Source: Candidatus Cloacimonadales bacterium (lineage in GTDB: Bacteria > Cloacimonadota > Cloacimonadia > Cloacimonadales > JAIOQZ01). Taken from it: a stretch of 64,000 bases of DNA. How positions within the stretch are numbered: the stretch's first letter is position 1; each line of letters starts with the position of its first letter. Made by a program: the position numbers and the translations under genes. Below the pieces are notes generated by a model. It searched no databases. It had not been told where the DNA came from and saw nothing but the letters and a program-made list of their open reading frames with translations. Below, piece after piece: positions 20,241 to 29,994 of this stretch. The DNA lies in assembly GCA_963674825.1 (NCBI GenBank), contig OY771587.1, positions 672,001-736,000 on the forward strand. The letters run 5' to 3'.

Positions 20241-20535
20241 GGAATATTCGTTATTTTTCTGATTTAGAATGGAATATCATCGATATATTTGGCAAGATAA
20301 AAATACCGCAAGCGTACGTTTTCTTAATCAATTACCCTGCAATAATTTAGGCACAGACGCAGCATTTATCGATTTCAAAGATTATATGATCTAATCCCAT
20401 AGCATATTTGAAATTAGAAACTTTTTTCAAGCCAATCTCATTAATTTGCTTGACAGATAATATTCGCCACCCAAATAGATTACCATGAGAGTCGAAGTAT
20501 ATCTATCGTGATCCCTCCATATAAAGAGAGGCCAT

Positions 20536-21333
20536 ATGAGGAAGTTTTTTTTACCGATGATCGGAATCCTGCTGCTACTCTCTGCCTGTGCCATGAATCA
20601 GGATCTGCAGGTACTCCGTGAGAACGACGAGAAGCAATCGAACAAGATAGAAAAGAACGAGAAGGATATCACATCCCTTTTCGTGAGACTGGATGATGTC
20701 GATACCAGCCAGAAGCCGGATACGCGGCAGTTTTATCAGGATAATCAGCAGATGCTGCAGAAGATCCAGCAGTTGAACACCAGGATCGAGAATCTCGAAA
20801 CTGAAGTTCGCAAACTCACCGAGCAAGCTGTTCGCATGCAGCGGATCGAGAATGAGTTGGATGAGATGAAGCAAAATTATGTCGTAGAGGCTGCACAAGC
20901 TCCAGCGCCAAAAGCCACTCCCGCTACGGTTACAGCTCCGAAGACATCCGATGTCAACGAGAGCATGGAAGATTATCACTATCAGCAGGCACGCAAGGCA
21001 TATGTTGCGAACGACCTTGCCAAAGCAGCGGAACAGTTCCGGGAATTCATCCGCAAATATCCCGATCACCAGCTTGCCGCGAACTCGCAGTACTGGCTGG
21101 GAGAATGTTACTATTCAATGGATAACTTCACCGCCGCACGGAACGAGTTCCTGAAAGTGGTGGATTTCTACTCGAAGTCGCCCAAAGTCCCGGATGCGTT
21201 AGTGAAGATTGCACTGACCTACAAGCAGCAGGGGCAGAACAACCAGGCGAAGGTTGAGCTTGAACGGCTCTTGAAGCAGTACCCGAAGTACGAACGCATC
21301 GATCTGGTAAAATCCTTGCTGAAGGAACTGTGA
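20536..21333 (+). CDS. CpoB/YbgF-like coiled-coil + TPR lipoprotein
   Basis: Lipobox LSAC; coiled coil; YPDHQLAANSQYWLGECYY, SPKVPDALVK TPR. Confidence 0.85.
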   Translation: MRKFFLPMIGILLLLSACAMNQDLQVLRENDEKQSNKIEKNEKDITSLFVRLDDVDTSQKPDTRQFYQDNQQMLQKIQQLNTRIENLETEVRKLTEQAVRMQRIENELDEMKQNYVVEAAQAPAPKATPATVTAPKTSDVNESMEDYHYQQARKAYVANDLAKAAEQFREFIRKYPDHQLAANSQYWLGECYYSMDNFTAARNEFLKVVDFYSKSPKVPDALVKIALTYKQQGQNNQAKVELERLLKQYPKYERIDLVKSLLKEL

Positions 21334-21357
21334 TAACGGTTCCAAGGAAGAGGCACA

Positions 21358-22569
21358 ATGAAGTTTTCATTTTCAGCCGAATTGCAAAAGATACCTGATT
21401 ATATACAGGGCGTCGATCGCGTTTCCGAAATACGTAACGTGATGGTCGCCAATGATGATTACCGGCAGGAAGCCCGTCGCAAACTGGAGGAATTCCTGCT
21501 CAAGATGATTGATATCGAGGCATCAGATATCGACCTCGGTGGCGAAGGCGCTCAAAACAAAGTCTGGTACCGCGTTTTCGGGGATAAAAAACGGCACCCG
21601 GATTACGATTATGTTTCTCGTGACGACTCAACCGCTATGATATGCAGTATCATGACAGACCGGCAGATCGACGGGATCATGATCAGCCACAACTCGGACT
21701 TCTCCTATCGCATCTTCGTTGGGGATATGCAGTATCGCTATCGTGCAGACGCTTACATCGATATGGGGCATCTGGCGATCAACTTCCGTTTGATCAATCC
21801 CACACCGTTCGACATCGCGCAGGTGGGATTCCCGAGCGTGATCCAGAAAAAGTTTGACCTCCAATACGAGAAGAAAGGTCTGATGCTTGTCACCGGTATC
21901 ACGGGCTCCGGTAAAAGTACTACGCTTGATGCCATCATCAATATGAATAACCAGAAGAACGAAGCTCATGTGGTAATCATCGGTTCGCCGATCGAGTACT
22001 TCCACAAATCGGCCAAGTGTATCGTTCGTCACCGTGAAGTGGGCAGGGACACGATCTCTTTCAAAGACGGCACCATTGAAGCCTTGCGTCAGGACCCTGA
22101 TATCATCGTGATCGGCGAGATGCGCGACCCGGATACGATCATGACAGCGCTGGAAGTTACCGATAGCGGTCACAAGGTTTTCTCCACCCTGCATACCGGC
22201 TCGGCGGTTGAAAGCGTTCACCGTATCGTGGCAGAGTGCCCCACTGACGAACAGAACCGCGTTCGCATGCGCCTGGCAGACGTTCTCAGCGTGGTCGTTT
22301 CGCAGAAGCTTGTTCCATCTGTCGATGGCAAGCGCGTCCTGGCAAAAGAGATCCTCAATGTGACGCCGTGGGTCTCGGCAGCTATTATGAACAACAATAT
22401 TTCGGAAATATATCAGATGATCAACGAAGGAAAAGAATACGGCATGATCACACTCGAGCAGGATCTGATGCGGCTTTACGTGACTAAGAAAATCACTAAA
22501 GAAACCGCGATCTCCTTCGCAAATCAGAAAAAACGAATCGTTGAACTGATGAATTACTACAGGAAATAA
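21358..22569 (+). CDS. PilT/PilU-family secretion ATPase (variant Asp box)
   Basis: Walker A GITGSGKST, LRQDPDIIVIGEMRD, His box GHKVFSTLHT, GMITLEQDL. Confidence 0.9.
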   Translation: MKFSFSAELQKIPDYIQGVDRVSEIRNVMVANDDYRQEARRKLEEFLLKMIDIEASDIDLGGEGAQNKVWYRVFGDKKRHPDYDYVSRDDSTAMICSIMTDRQIDGIMISHNSDFSYRIFVGDMQYRYRADAYIDMGHLAINFRLINPTPFDIAQVGFPSVIQKKFDLQYEKKGLMLVTGITGSGKSTTLDAIINMNNQKNEAHVVIIGSPIEYFHKSAKCIVRHREVGRDTISFKDGTIEALRQDPDIIVIGEMRDPDTIMTALEVTDSGHKVFSTLHTGSAVESVHRIVAECPTDEQNRVRMRLADVLSVVVSQKLVPSVDGKRVLAKEILNVTPWVSAAIMNNNISEIYQMINEGKEYGMITLEQDLMRLYVTKKITKETAISFANQKKRIVELMNYYRK

Positions 22570-22573
22570 TTAC

Positions 22574-24808
22574 ATGCCGGCAGTGAAGAAAATTTTCGGT
22601 CTGTATCTCGACGGCGACGAGCTGAAGGTTGCCCTTCTCTCCTGTGATAAGGATATCATCACCATTGAGACCCTTTTCAAAGAGAAACTCGTCGGTCAGG
22701 AAGAAAAGCCCGATTTCCCGGACTACGCTGAATCTTTCTCTATGGATGGCACCCACGAGCCACCGCCAGACAGCTTTGAATTCACACCTGCAGCTAACTC
22801 AGAAGATCTCGAATTCGAGGAGTTCAACGAGTTTCCGGGTGAATCGGGTGACGCAACGCAGCAGGCACTGACGCGCGTCGCGCATGCTGTGCAATTCACC
22901 TCCGCCCCGCTTGTACTCAATCTCGATGTTTCCAATGTCAGCTACAAGAAGATCGTCATTTCGGCCAAGACTTCACCCAGAAAGATTCTGGACAAGATCA
23001 AGCGCGCATACTATTCTCCCGATTCAGTCACTATGTCCGCCTACTCCTGGTTCTATTCTGGCGATGACGAAATTGTTGGTATCCGGCATCAAGGATCGAT
23101 GGACCTGCTGGAGAACATGGTCTCGATCAACCAGAATGAATTCGAGAACCGCTTCCAGTTCGCCGGCGTGCAGCCCAATGAAGTTGCTCTGATAAATGCG
23201 ATTCGATATAACCATGACATCTTTGGCATGGATATGACCGCAATCTTTTATATCGGTAATGATTTCTCGCGAATCACCCTGATGCAGGGCGAAGAATTCT
23301 TCATGGAATTGCCGATCATCAACGAAGGTTATAAGAAAGACAGCATTCTCAATACAATCTATTCGCGCTTCCTTCTGGAAAAAGCGCATCACGATATTCC
23401 CTCGCTGAACAGAATCTACCTCGCTGGTAACGGTATCACCGAAGAAACAATCGATTTCCTGAAAGAAAAGGAACCGGATGCAATCGTCGAGATGCTCCTA
23501 CCGGCAAAGATTCTTCCGAATCCGGACAGCCCGGACGAATACTCCGATCGCGAGCTTGCAGAGTACATTATTCCTATCACGCTTGCTGCGATGTATCTTC
23601 AGCCCAAATCGAAACGCTTCCTGCGCTCGGAATTCCTGCCCAAGCAGCTACGACAGCAGAAGCTTTTCTCACTCGGACTCACGGGTATCATCATGCTCAC
23701 GGTTATCCTGGGAGCCCTGTTGTTTGCCATCAGTGGCATTGTAGGCTGGAAAGATAAAAACAAGATGCTCAAGGTGCAGACCGATAACGTGAAGTCTCTC
23801 ATCCAGACGAATCACATGATGATCGATTCGCTCAATGTCATCAGAAAACGCATCGAGAACTACGAGAACAACATCTCCTGGGTCAAAAAATATATTGGAG
23901 AAGACAATCAGTGGCATTATATTCTTGAAGAAATCTCCAGAAATTTTCTCGACCATAGCTTGAGCTGGAGCACCAATATTCATAAGGAAGAAGGACGCTT
24001 CAAAATCGAGGGTTCCACTACGCGGCGGACCAACATTGTGGGCTTCTCCCAAATGTTTCCGTTCGGGCAGATCGAGAAGGTCGAGGAGAAGAAGGTTGAA
24101 GATTACACTGTATGGGATTACCAAATCCTATTCAACATGCCTGATCCTCTTACGACCAAGATCTCCGATTCGCAGAAACCCGATAGCTATATAAAAAGAT
24201 ATAAGAAAAAAGCCGCCGAGCTAAAACCGGCGTCTCCGAAAAAAGAACCTGAAAAACTGGAATCCAAGACTGAAGAACCCAAGAAGGCCCCGGAGAAGCA
24301 GCCTGCGAAGACTGAAGAGCCCAAAAAAGCTCCCGAAAAGCAGGTAGTGAAAAAGGAAGAGCCAAAGAAAGCTCCTGAGAAACAGGTAGCAAAAACGGAA
24401 GCTCCGAAAGAAGTTTCCAAGAAGCAGGAAAAGCCTGCCGCAGAGAACAAGAAACTCTACGACGAGGCGATCAGGCTTCATTTCTCAGGCAAGCACGAAC
24501 AGGCGGCAGTGAAATTCAAGGAATACATTGACAGGTATCAGGATCAGCTTGTAATCAATGCAACGTACTTCCTGGGCGAATGCAAATACAAGCTCGGGAA
24601 GCCAGCGGAAGCTGAAAGCTTATTTGTCAGCGTGCTTAACAATGGCAAGGCAAAGGTTCCTGAAGCCCTCCTCATGCTGGGTATCCTAAACCAGGAAGAT
24701 GGTAAACTGAATATCGCACATGAATTCTGGAACGATCTGGTACAGCGTTTCCCGCGAAGCACATACGCGGATATCGCTCGCCAGAAGCTCGAGAAATATA
24801 AACGGTAA
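22574..24808 (+). CDS. PilM-like + TM + PilN-like + K/E/P-rich linker + TPR fusion protein
   Basis: FGLYLDG..KVA start, IFYIG..FSRI, IYLAG (actin-like PilM/GspL pattern); one TM near aa 370-390; coiled coil + KIEGST; C-terminal TPR (ATYFLGECKY, PEALLMLG). Confidence 0.6.
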   Translation: MPAVKKIFGLYLDGDELKVALLSCDKDIITIETLFKEKLVGQEEKPDFPDYAESFSMDGTHEPPPDSFEFTPAANSEDLEFEEFNEFPGESGDATQQALTRVAHAVQFTSAPLVLNLDVSNVSYKKIVISAKTSPRKILDKIKRAYYSPDSVTMSAYSWFYSGDDEIVGIRHQGSMDLLENMVSINQNEFENRFQFAGVQPNEVALINAIRYNHDIFGMDMTAIFYIGNDFSRITLMQGEEFFMELPIINEGYKKDSILNTIYSRFLLEKAHHDIPSLNRIYLAGNGITEETIDFLKEKEPDAIVEMLLPAKILPNPDSPDEYSDRELAEYIIPITLAAMYLQPKSKRFLRSEFLPKQLRQQKLFSLGLTGIIMLTVILGALLFAISGIVGWKDKNKMLKVQTDNVKSLIQTNHMMIDSLNVIRKRIENYENNISWVKKYIGEDNQWHYILEEISRNFLDHSLSWSTNIHKEEGRFKIEGSTTRRTNIVGFSQMFPFGQIEKVEEKKVEDYTVWDYQILFNMPDPLTTKISDSQKPDSYIKRYKKKAAELKPASPKKEPEKLESKTEEPKKAPEKQPAKTEEPKKAPEKQVVKKEEPKKAPEKQVAKTEAPKEVSKKQEKPAAENKKLYDEAIRLHFSGKHEQAAVKFKEYIDRYQDQLVINATYFLGECKYKLGKPAEAESLFVSVLNNGKAKVPEALLMLGILNQEDGKLNIAHEFWNDLVQRFPRSTYADIARQKLEKYKR
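24266..24433 (+). repeat. Four 42-bp (14-aa) intragenic tandem repeats
   Basis: KTEEPKKAPEKQPA / KTEEPKKAPEKQVV / KKEEPKKAPEKQVA / KTEAPKEVSKKQEK. Confidence 0.85.
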
Positions 24809-24822
24809 GCCGGACAGGTAAT

Positions 24823-25833
24823 ATGTTAACGAAGCTATTAATTTTCGCCGCAGTCGTAGTCGTCGTTTTCCTATTTTTGATGATGCGCTCATCGAAGAAG
24901 AAAGACGGTGGAGGTGGCGGCTCCGAGCAAGATGAATACATCATTGCATCCTACCGTAGCGGCACCAACTACAAGTTCCGTAATTTCATCATCCTTATCG
25001 TTATTCTCTTAGGTGTTATCGGGTGGTGGTTCTTTACAAACAAGAGCCTCAAGAAAGAAAACAAGCGCCTTACCGAGGACAAGGAGAAGCTGGAAGGCGA
25101 ACTACGCGAAACCCAGAACGAAATCATGAAGAAACCGGAGCTGGATGCGCAGCTCGACCGCATCCGGGAAGAAGTGTCGCTTAACAACAAAGTGATGCTC
25201 AAAGAAGACACTTCCACCAAGACGCTCGAATACCTTTTCTATCTGGCCGATAAATACGGCGACTATATGCATTTCGATTTCGGGCTATCCGAATCTGGAA
25301 CGGACAAGGACGACCCGTCTATACAATATAATAAGTACGTGCTGACTGGTAAGGCATTCACGAATCAGGTGTATGCTTTTATCGATCAGCTGGAGCGCCA
25401 ACCGCCGTTCTATGCGGTCGAAGGTATCGCGCTCGAAGCTCTCCCACCCGACCAGAAAGGAAAGGTGGATTTCTCCGTCGAACTCACCGCCTACTATACC
25501 GAGAACGGAACGCCGCTGAATCGGATTGAGCTATACGAAGGCAAGCCCAGAAAGCTCGCCTACAATCCGTTCTTCCCGCGTGTTCATTCGCCGATTATCT
25601 CTGACGACGCGGAATTCCTGATGCTGCTCGATCTCGATAACTGCTCCGTCGTTGCACTCAGCCCCGAACGGGTCTTCCTGCGCAATAACGGAACGGGGAT
25701 CATCCAGATTTTCAATATTGGCGATCGGGTACGCTACGGCTACCTTGAAAGCATCGACTGGAAGAGTCAGGAAGCCGTATTCCGCATCAATCGCTACGGC
25801 GTTGCCGAAAGCGTGAGAATGGGACTCAAATAA
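24823..25833 (+). CDS. PilO-like membrane protein with possible PilP-like C-terminal region
   Basis: Two hydrophobic segments, coiled coil, G..NQVYAFIDQLER, NPFFP, IGDRV.YG; lies between the PilM/N-like gene and the secretin. Confidence 0.55.
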   Translation: MLTKLLIFAAVVVVVFLFLMMRSSKKKDGGGGGSEQDEYIIASYRSGTNYKFRNFIILIVILLGVIGWWFFTNKSLKKENKRLTEDKEKLEGELRETQNEIMKKPELDAQLDRIREEVSLNNKVMLKEDTSTKTLEYLFYLADKYGDYMHFDFGLSESGTDKDDPSIQYNKYVLTGKAFTNQVYAFIDQLERQPPFYAVEGIALEALPPDQKGKVDFSVELTAYYTENGTPLNRIELYEGKPRKLAYNPFFPRVHSPIISDDAEFLMLLDLDNCSVVALSPERVFLRNNGTGIIQIFNIGDRVRYGYLESIDWKSQEAVFRINRYGVAESVRMGLK

Positions 25834-25860
25834 TATGAAAACACATAAGGATACAGGAAA

Positions 25861-27069
25861 ATGAAAGCCATCATCCGAGCGATCATCGTTTTGACTCTTC
25901 TGGCCGTGTACTTCCCGGCCAGCGCACAGACCGCAGCGGAACCCGACGGAAAAGACCTCGTCAGCATGAGCTCCGACACAGATTTCCAGCAAGCGCTGGG
26001 AATCCTGCAAGTCTATCTCATGCGTGAAGAAGGTCGTATCTTCGTCGATCTTTCCAACACAAAGGGCAGTATCGGCTTGAGAATCGACAAGCTTCATTGG
26101 AAAGCCGCGATGATCAGTATCTTCTCCGCCAAGGGCCTCCTCTGGGAAGACACCCACAACGCCATTCTCATCAAACGCGGTGACGACAAGCAAAGTGGAG
26201 CCAGGAAAGCCGGCGGCGCAGCAGCTACTACCACGACATCAATCGTTGAAGAGCTGCGGGATGAAGTCCTTATCGAAGTAACCTTCTTCGAAGCCGACCG
26301 CAACGTGCTCAACGAAGTCGGCATCGACTGGACATCGCTCTCCGATGGAAAAGTCAACTTTTCCGCCAACCTCAACTCCACCGATCAGGTCACTGAAGAC
26401 ATCCTTTCCATCGCGGTGAACGAGACCTGGAAAATCGGTTCGGGCACTATCGATCTGGTTACGCTGTTCAATATCTTCGAAGCAAACGACGAAGGTAGCG
26501 TGATATCACGCCAGCAAGTAACCGTCACTTCTGGCGAAGAGGGACAGGTGCTCGACGGTATGGAATTTTCCATTAAATCCATCGACGAATCGGGAAACAC
26601 AACCGACAACTTCTACAAGGCCGGTACGATCGTAACGGTTACGCCGTATGTCAAGACAGAGCTCAGCGGTAACAAGTTTGTCGAGCTCAATGTCAGTACC
26701 GAGCGCAGCTCCGCAGAACCAGGGGCTGTCAGCACGATCGTCACAAAATCCAGCGCCAGCACCAAAAAGATTCTCTACAACGGCGAAGAAGCCGTCATCG
26801 GTGGGCTCACCACAAAGGAAACCGCTGAAGTGCGTAAGGGCATCCCATTCCTTAAGGACCTCCCGTGGTGGGTATTCGGTATCCGCTATCTGACCGGCTA
26901 CAACAGCCATCAGACCAAATCCAAGGAATTGCTTATCATAATCAAGGCAACCATCCTGCCGGCAATGAGAGAACGCCAGGAAGCCAGACCCGAGCTCAAG
27001 GAAGATGTGGAACGCATCCGCACCGAGATTCCGAAGCTCGAAGAACAGCTATTCGACGAAAAAGAATAG
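25861..27069 (+). CDS. Short secretin (PilQ/GspD family)
   Basis: VLIEVTFFE..GIDW, G..VTVTP, VIGGL, KGIPFLKDLP, ELLIIIKATI; signal peptide. Confidence 0.88.
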   Translation: MKAIIRAIIVLTLLAVYFPASAQTAAEPDGKDLVSMSSDTDFQQALGILQVYLMREEGRIFVDLSNTKGSIGLRIDKLHWKAAMISIFSAKGLLWEDTHNAILIKRGDDKQSGARKAGGAAATTTTSIVEELRDEVLIEVTFFEADRNVLNEVGIDWTSLSDGKVNFSANLNSTDQVTEDILSIAVNETWKIGSGTIDLVTLFNIFEANDEGSVISRQQVTVTSGEEGQVLDGMEFSIKSIDESGNTTDNFYKAGTIVTVTPYVKTELSGNKFVELNVSTERSSAEPGAVSTIVTKSSASTKKILYNGEEAVIGGLTTKETAEVRKGIPFLKDLPWWVFGIRYLTGYNSHQTKSKELLIIIKATILPAMRERQEARPELKEDVERIRTEIPKLEEQLFDEKE

Positions 27070-27091
27070 TCTATACATTTACAAAAAAAAG

Positions 27092-27120
27092 AAAAGCCGG
27101 ATCGAAAGGTCCGGCTTTTT
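27092..27120. terminator. Bidirectional intrinsic terminator
   Basis: aaaagccggatc-gaaa-ggtccggcttttt between convergent genes. Confidence 0.85.
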
Positions 27121-27265
27121 ATACAGCTATCCCAACTTCCGAATGTACCGCAGGTTCATCTGAATGTAGGGGATTTTCTGAAATGGTTTGGAATGGTTCT
27201 ATTCAGGTGAAGAACCAAACATTCGGAAGAGTTGCTGTGCAACACCTCCAGAAGTTCGGTCCATC

Positions 27266-27958
27266 CTATAGTACAATCTCAAGTAGCTCACAAAGGTCGG
27301 TAATCGTGTAAGTCGGCGATTGCTCCAGGCCGTGCGGTCTGCCGGAGTGATTGATCCAGCAGGTATCGATTCCGAAGGCCATACCGCCTCCGATATCTGA
27401 ACTCAGGCTATCGCCTATAATAAGCGCTGAATCCTTATCAGCGTGGTCAGCCAAATTGAAAGCATGCTCGAAGATCTCCGCATGCGGCTTGGCTATTCCC
27501 ACCTCTTCCGAGATGATAACCGACGGGAAGAATTCGCGGAATCCGGATTTATCGATACGCGGATGCTGCACATCTCTGAGGCCGTTGGTGATAAGCGCTA
27601 GCTTGAACTTCCCACTAACCTCTTTCACTACATCCATCGCGTTCGGTATGTGATCCGCTTCCTGCTTGAGGAAATCGAGATAGATCCGGCTCATCTCTTC
27701 CGGGTCCATCTCCACGCCGATATGCGCGGCAAATCGTTGAAATCGCTCGGTTCGAAGCTCCACAGCCGTAATTTCGTTGCGCTCGAACTTGCGCCAGGTA
27801 TCGGTGTTGATCTCCTTGTACACCTCAAGGTGCACATCCACGTCATAGGCCACACCGTAGGCCTTAACGGCATTTCGTAGCGCGTTGCGTTCTGCAGCGT
27901 CATAGTCGAGCAGTGTGCCGTCGATATCGAAGAGCAGGAATTCGTAGCGCTTCTTCAT
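27266..27958 (-). CDS. HAD-family YjjG-like pyrimidine 5'-nucleotidase
   Basis: FDIDGTLLD, ITNG, SEEVGIAKP, IGDSLSSDIGG. Confidence 0.88.
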   Translation of the reverse strand: MKKRYEFLLFDIDGTLLDYDAAERNALRNAVKAYGVAYDVDVHLEVYKEINTDTWRKFERNEITAVELRTERFQRFAAHIGVEMDPEEMSRIYLDFLKQEADHIPNAMDVVKEVSGKFKLALITNGLRDVQHPRIDKSGFREFFPSVIISEEVGIAKPHAEIFEHAFNLADHADKDSALIIGDSLSSDIGGGMAFGIDTCWINHSGRPHGLEQSPTYTITDLCELLEIVL

Positions 27959-28569
27959 TTGCACGCCTTCTTGACCTTGCAGATGACAGTGTAGTCATTG
28001 GGCAGGTAATCATCTACGATCCGGTATTCCTCGCAGAACGGTTTGATAATCTCGATCGTCTCTTCCGGATCGGTGTAGTAGTAGCGATCCTCTGGAGTTG
28101 GAGAGCGTTTATGTAGCAGGTTAAACACAACGTGTTCGTTGGCAACGCGGAAAAAGATTTCCATCGCACGTTCGAAGAACTCACGGTTATTGCCAAGGTT
28201 GAGGTTGAACACTCCCGAGCAGAACACCACATCAAAGCAGTGTTCCATAAAATCCTTGTCTGTAAAGATATCCACACAGTGGAATTTCGCATCCGGGTGA
28301 TCGCCGCATGCCCGTCTGACCATCTCTGGCAGGATATCAACGCCCGTGTAATCAAGCGATATCGCCTGATCCTTGAGATATTTCCAAAGGTCTCCAAGGC
28401 CGGAACCTACATCCAGCAAACTGCTGTTGTTCAGATCGACGTTATCCAGCAATGCCCGGAACCGAAGTTCCTGCGCATCACTGCTCTCCCAGTCCAGTAT
28501 CCTGGCGTTTTCCTTGCGATTTTCCAGTTTATCCTGATAATGATCTCGTATTTTATCTACATGTACCAT
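27955..28569 (-). CDS. Class I SAM-dependent methyltransferase
   Basis: LLDVGSGLG, YTGVDI, FDVVFCSGVFN. Confidence 0.85.
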   Translation of the reverse strand: MVHVDKIRDHYQDKLENRKENARILDWESSDAQELRFRALLDNVDLNNSSLLDVGSGLGDLWKYLKDQAISLDYTGVDILPEMVRRACGDHPDAKFHCVDIFTDKDFMEHCFDVVFCSGVFNLNLGNNREFFERAMEIFFRVANEHVVFNLLHKRSPTPEDRYYYTDPEETIEIIKPFCEEYRIVDDYLPNDYTVICKVKKACK

Positions 28570-28629
28570 ATGATTCGTTCATTCTCCTTATATATTCACC
28601 ATCAACCTTATTATGCGTGAATAAATGCC

Positions 28630-29994
28630 TTACGACACCATCCTCTTGTAGAGCTCCTCGTACTGACGGGCAGTATGCTTCCACGACCAGTCCTGTACCA
28701 TCGCATTCAGGAAATACATCTCCCAAAGCTTCTTCTCACGGAAAACATCCAAGGCTTCTTCCACAATCTGGATCAGGCTGTTGGAGTAATAGCTGCTGAA
28801 CATGAATCCGTTGGCGTGAGCCATATCGCGGTTAGTCGCTTCCTTGATCGTATCCGCAAAGCTACCGGTTCTCCGTGCAATCGGAACCGTGCCGTAGCGC
28901 ATCGCGCGCAATTGGGTCGTGGTTCCCGGTGCTTCACGAGAAGGAAGCAGAATCATATCCGCCGCTGCGAAATAACGATGCTCGTCCATCTGGTTAAACC
29001 CGATATGGACGCTGAGGTTACTATAGACTTTGGCCAGATCTTTCAGACGGATCTGGAGCTCGCTCTCACCTGTGCCATAGATGAGCACCTGAAGCGGCAT
29101 ATCCATCAGGTCGGGAATGGCATCCAGAACCAGCTCGCAGCCGTTATCGGCAGTCAATCTTCCACCGTAGATCAGCAGTGGCGTATCCTTATCCTCTTTC
29201 ATACCATATTCGCGTTGCAGGGCAACCTTCAGCTCGCGCTTGCCGTTCAGGTCATGGAAGCGGATGTCCGGGTTCTTATCCTTGGTCGGGTTCCATTCAC
29301 CGTAGCGGACACCATTATTGATCCCGAAAAGCTTGTTGGCGATCTTGAGAAAATACGGATCCAGCTCGTTACCAAACTCGGCCTGCTGTACCTCTTGCGC
29401 ATACTGTCGGCTTGTCGTCGTTACCGAATCGGCAAAGACAAGCCCCAACTTTACCAGGCTCAGATTACCCAGCTTATCGATCTCGTCGCGATAACGATCA
29501 TCAATCTCGAATGCGTCCAGATCGGTAGGCTCAATAAGGCCCTGATGCTGAAGGTCGTAAAATGTGTAGATCGTGAAGACATCGAGCCCCTGGTTTTTCA
29601 CCAGCAACGGGATCAGGCCATTCTGCCAGTGATGTGCGTGCAGAACATCGAACGGGTGCTTCTTGATGAAACGGGCTACACCTCGCGAGAACTGAAGCAC
29701 TTGCTCCATTTCGACCTTCGAGCCATAGAACGGATCGAAGAATCGATCGTTCGGTTTCAAGAAATAGATGTCCTTGTCCGATCCGGAAATTTTACCGTGA
29801 TAAAGCGACAGGCAAATATCTTCATAGTCTTCGATCTTACTGCACTTTATTTCTCTCATCTGCTCGTAAAACGGCATGATGATCGTTGTGTTCGAATGAA
29901 GATTGAAGATGAGATTATGCAGGTTGCTGCCAAGCCCCAGGCGGCTGTACTTGTAGAAAGGCGCCAGCTCGGGGATCACCATCAGGATTCTCAT
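28630..29994 (-). CDS. glgA: Glycogen synthase-like GT5 protein with atypical N-terminal motif
   Basis: MRILMV..E..PF, HAHHWQ, GINNG..WNP..D, PSRE..AMRYGTVPIARRTG..DT, DWSW..A..Y; ATGA overlap with the upstream gene. Confidence 0.75.
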   Translation of the reverse strand: MRILMVIPELAPFYKYSRLGLGSNLHNLIFNLHSNTTIIMPFYEQMREIKCSKIEDYEDICLSLYHGKISGSDKDIYFLKPNDRFFDPFYGSKVEMEQVLQFSRGVARFIKKHPFDVLHAHHWQNGLIPLLVKNQGLDVFTIYTFYDLQHQGLIEPTDLDAFEIDDRYRDEIDKLGNLSLVKLGLVFADSVTTTSRQYAQEVQQAEFGNELDPYFLKIANKLFGINNGVRYGEWNPTKDKNPDIRFHDLNGKRELKVALQREYGMKEDKDTPLLIYGGRLTADNGCELVLDAIPDLMDMPLQVLIYGTGESELQIRLKDLAKVYSNLSVHIGFNQMDEHRYFAAADMILLPSREAPGTTTQLRAMRYGTVPIARRTGSFADTIKEATNRDMAHANGFMFSSYYSNSLIQIVEEALDVFREKKLWEMYFLNAMVQDWSWKHTARQYEELYKRMVS

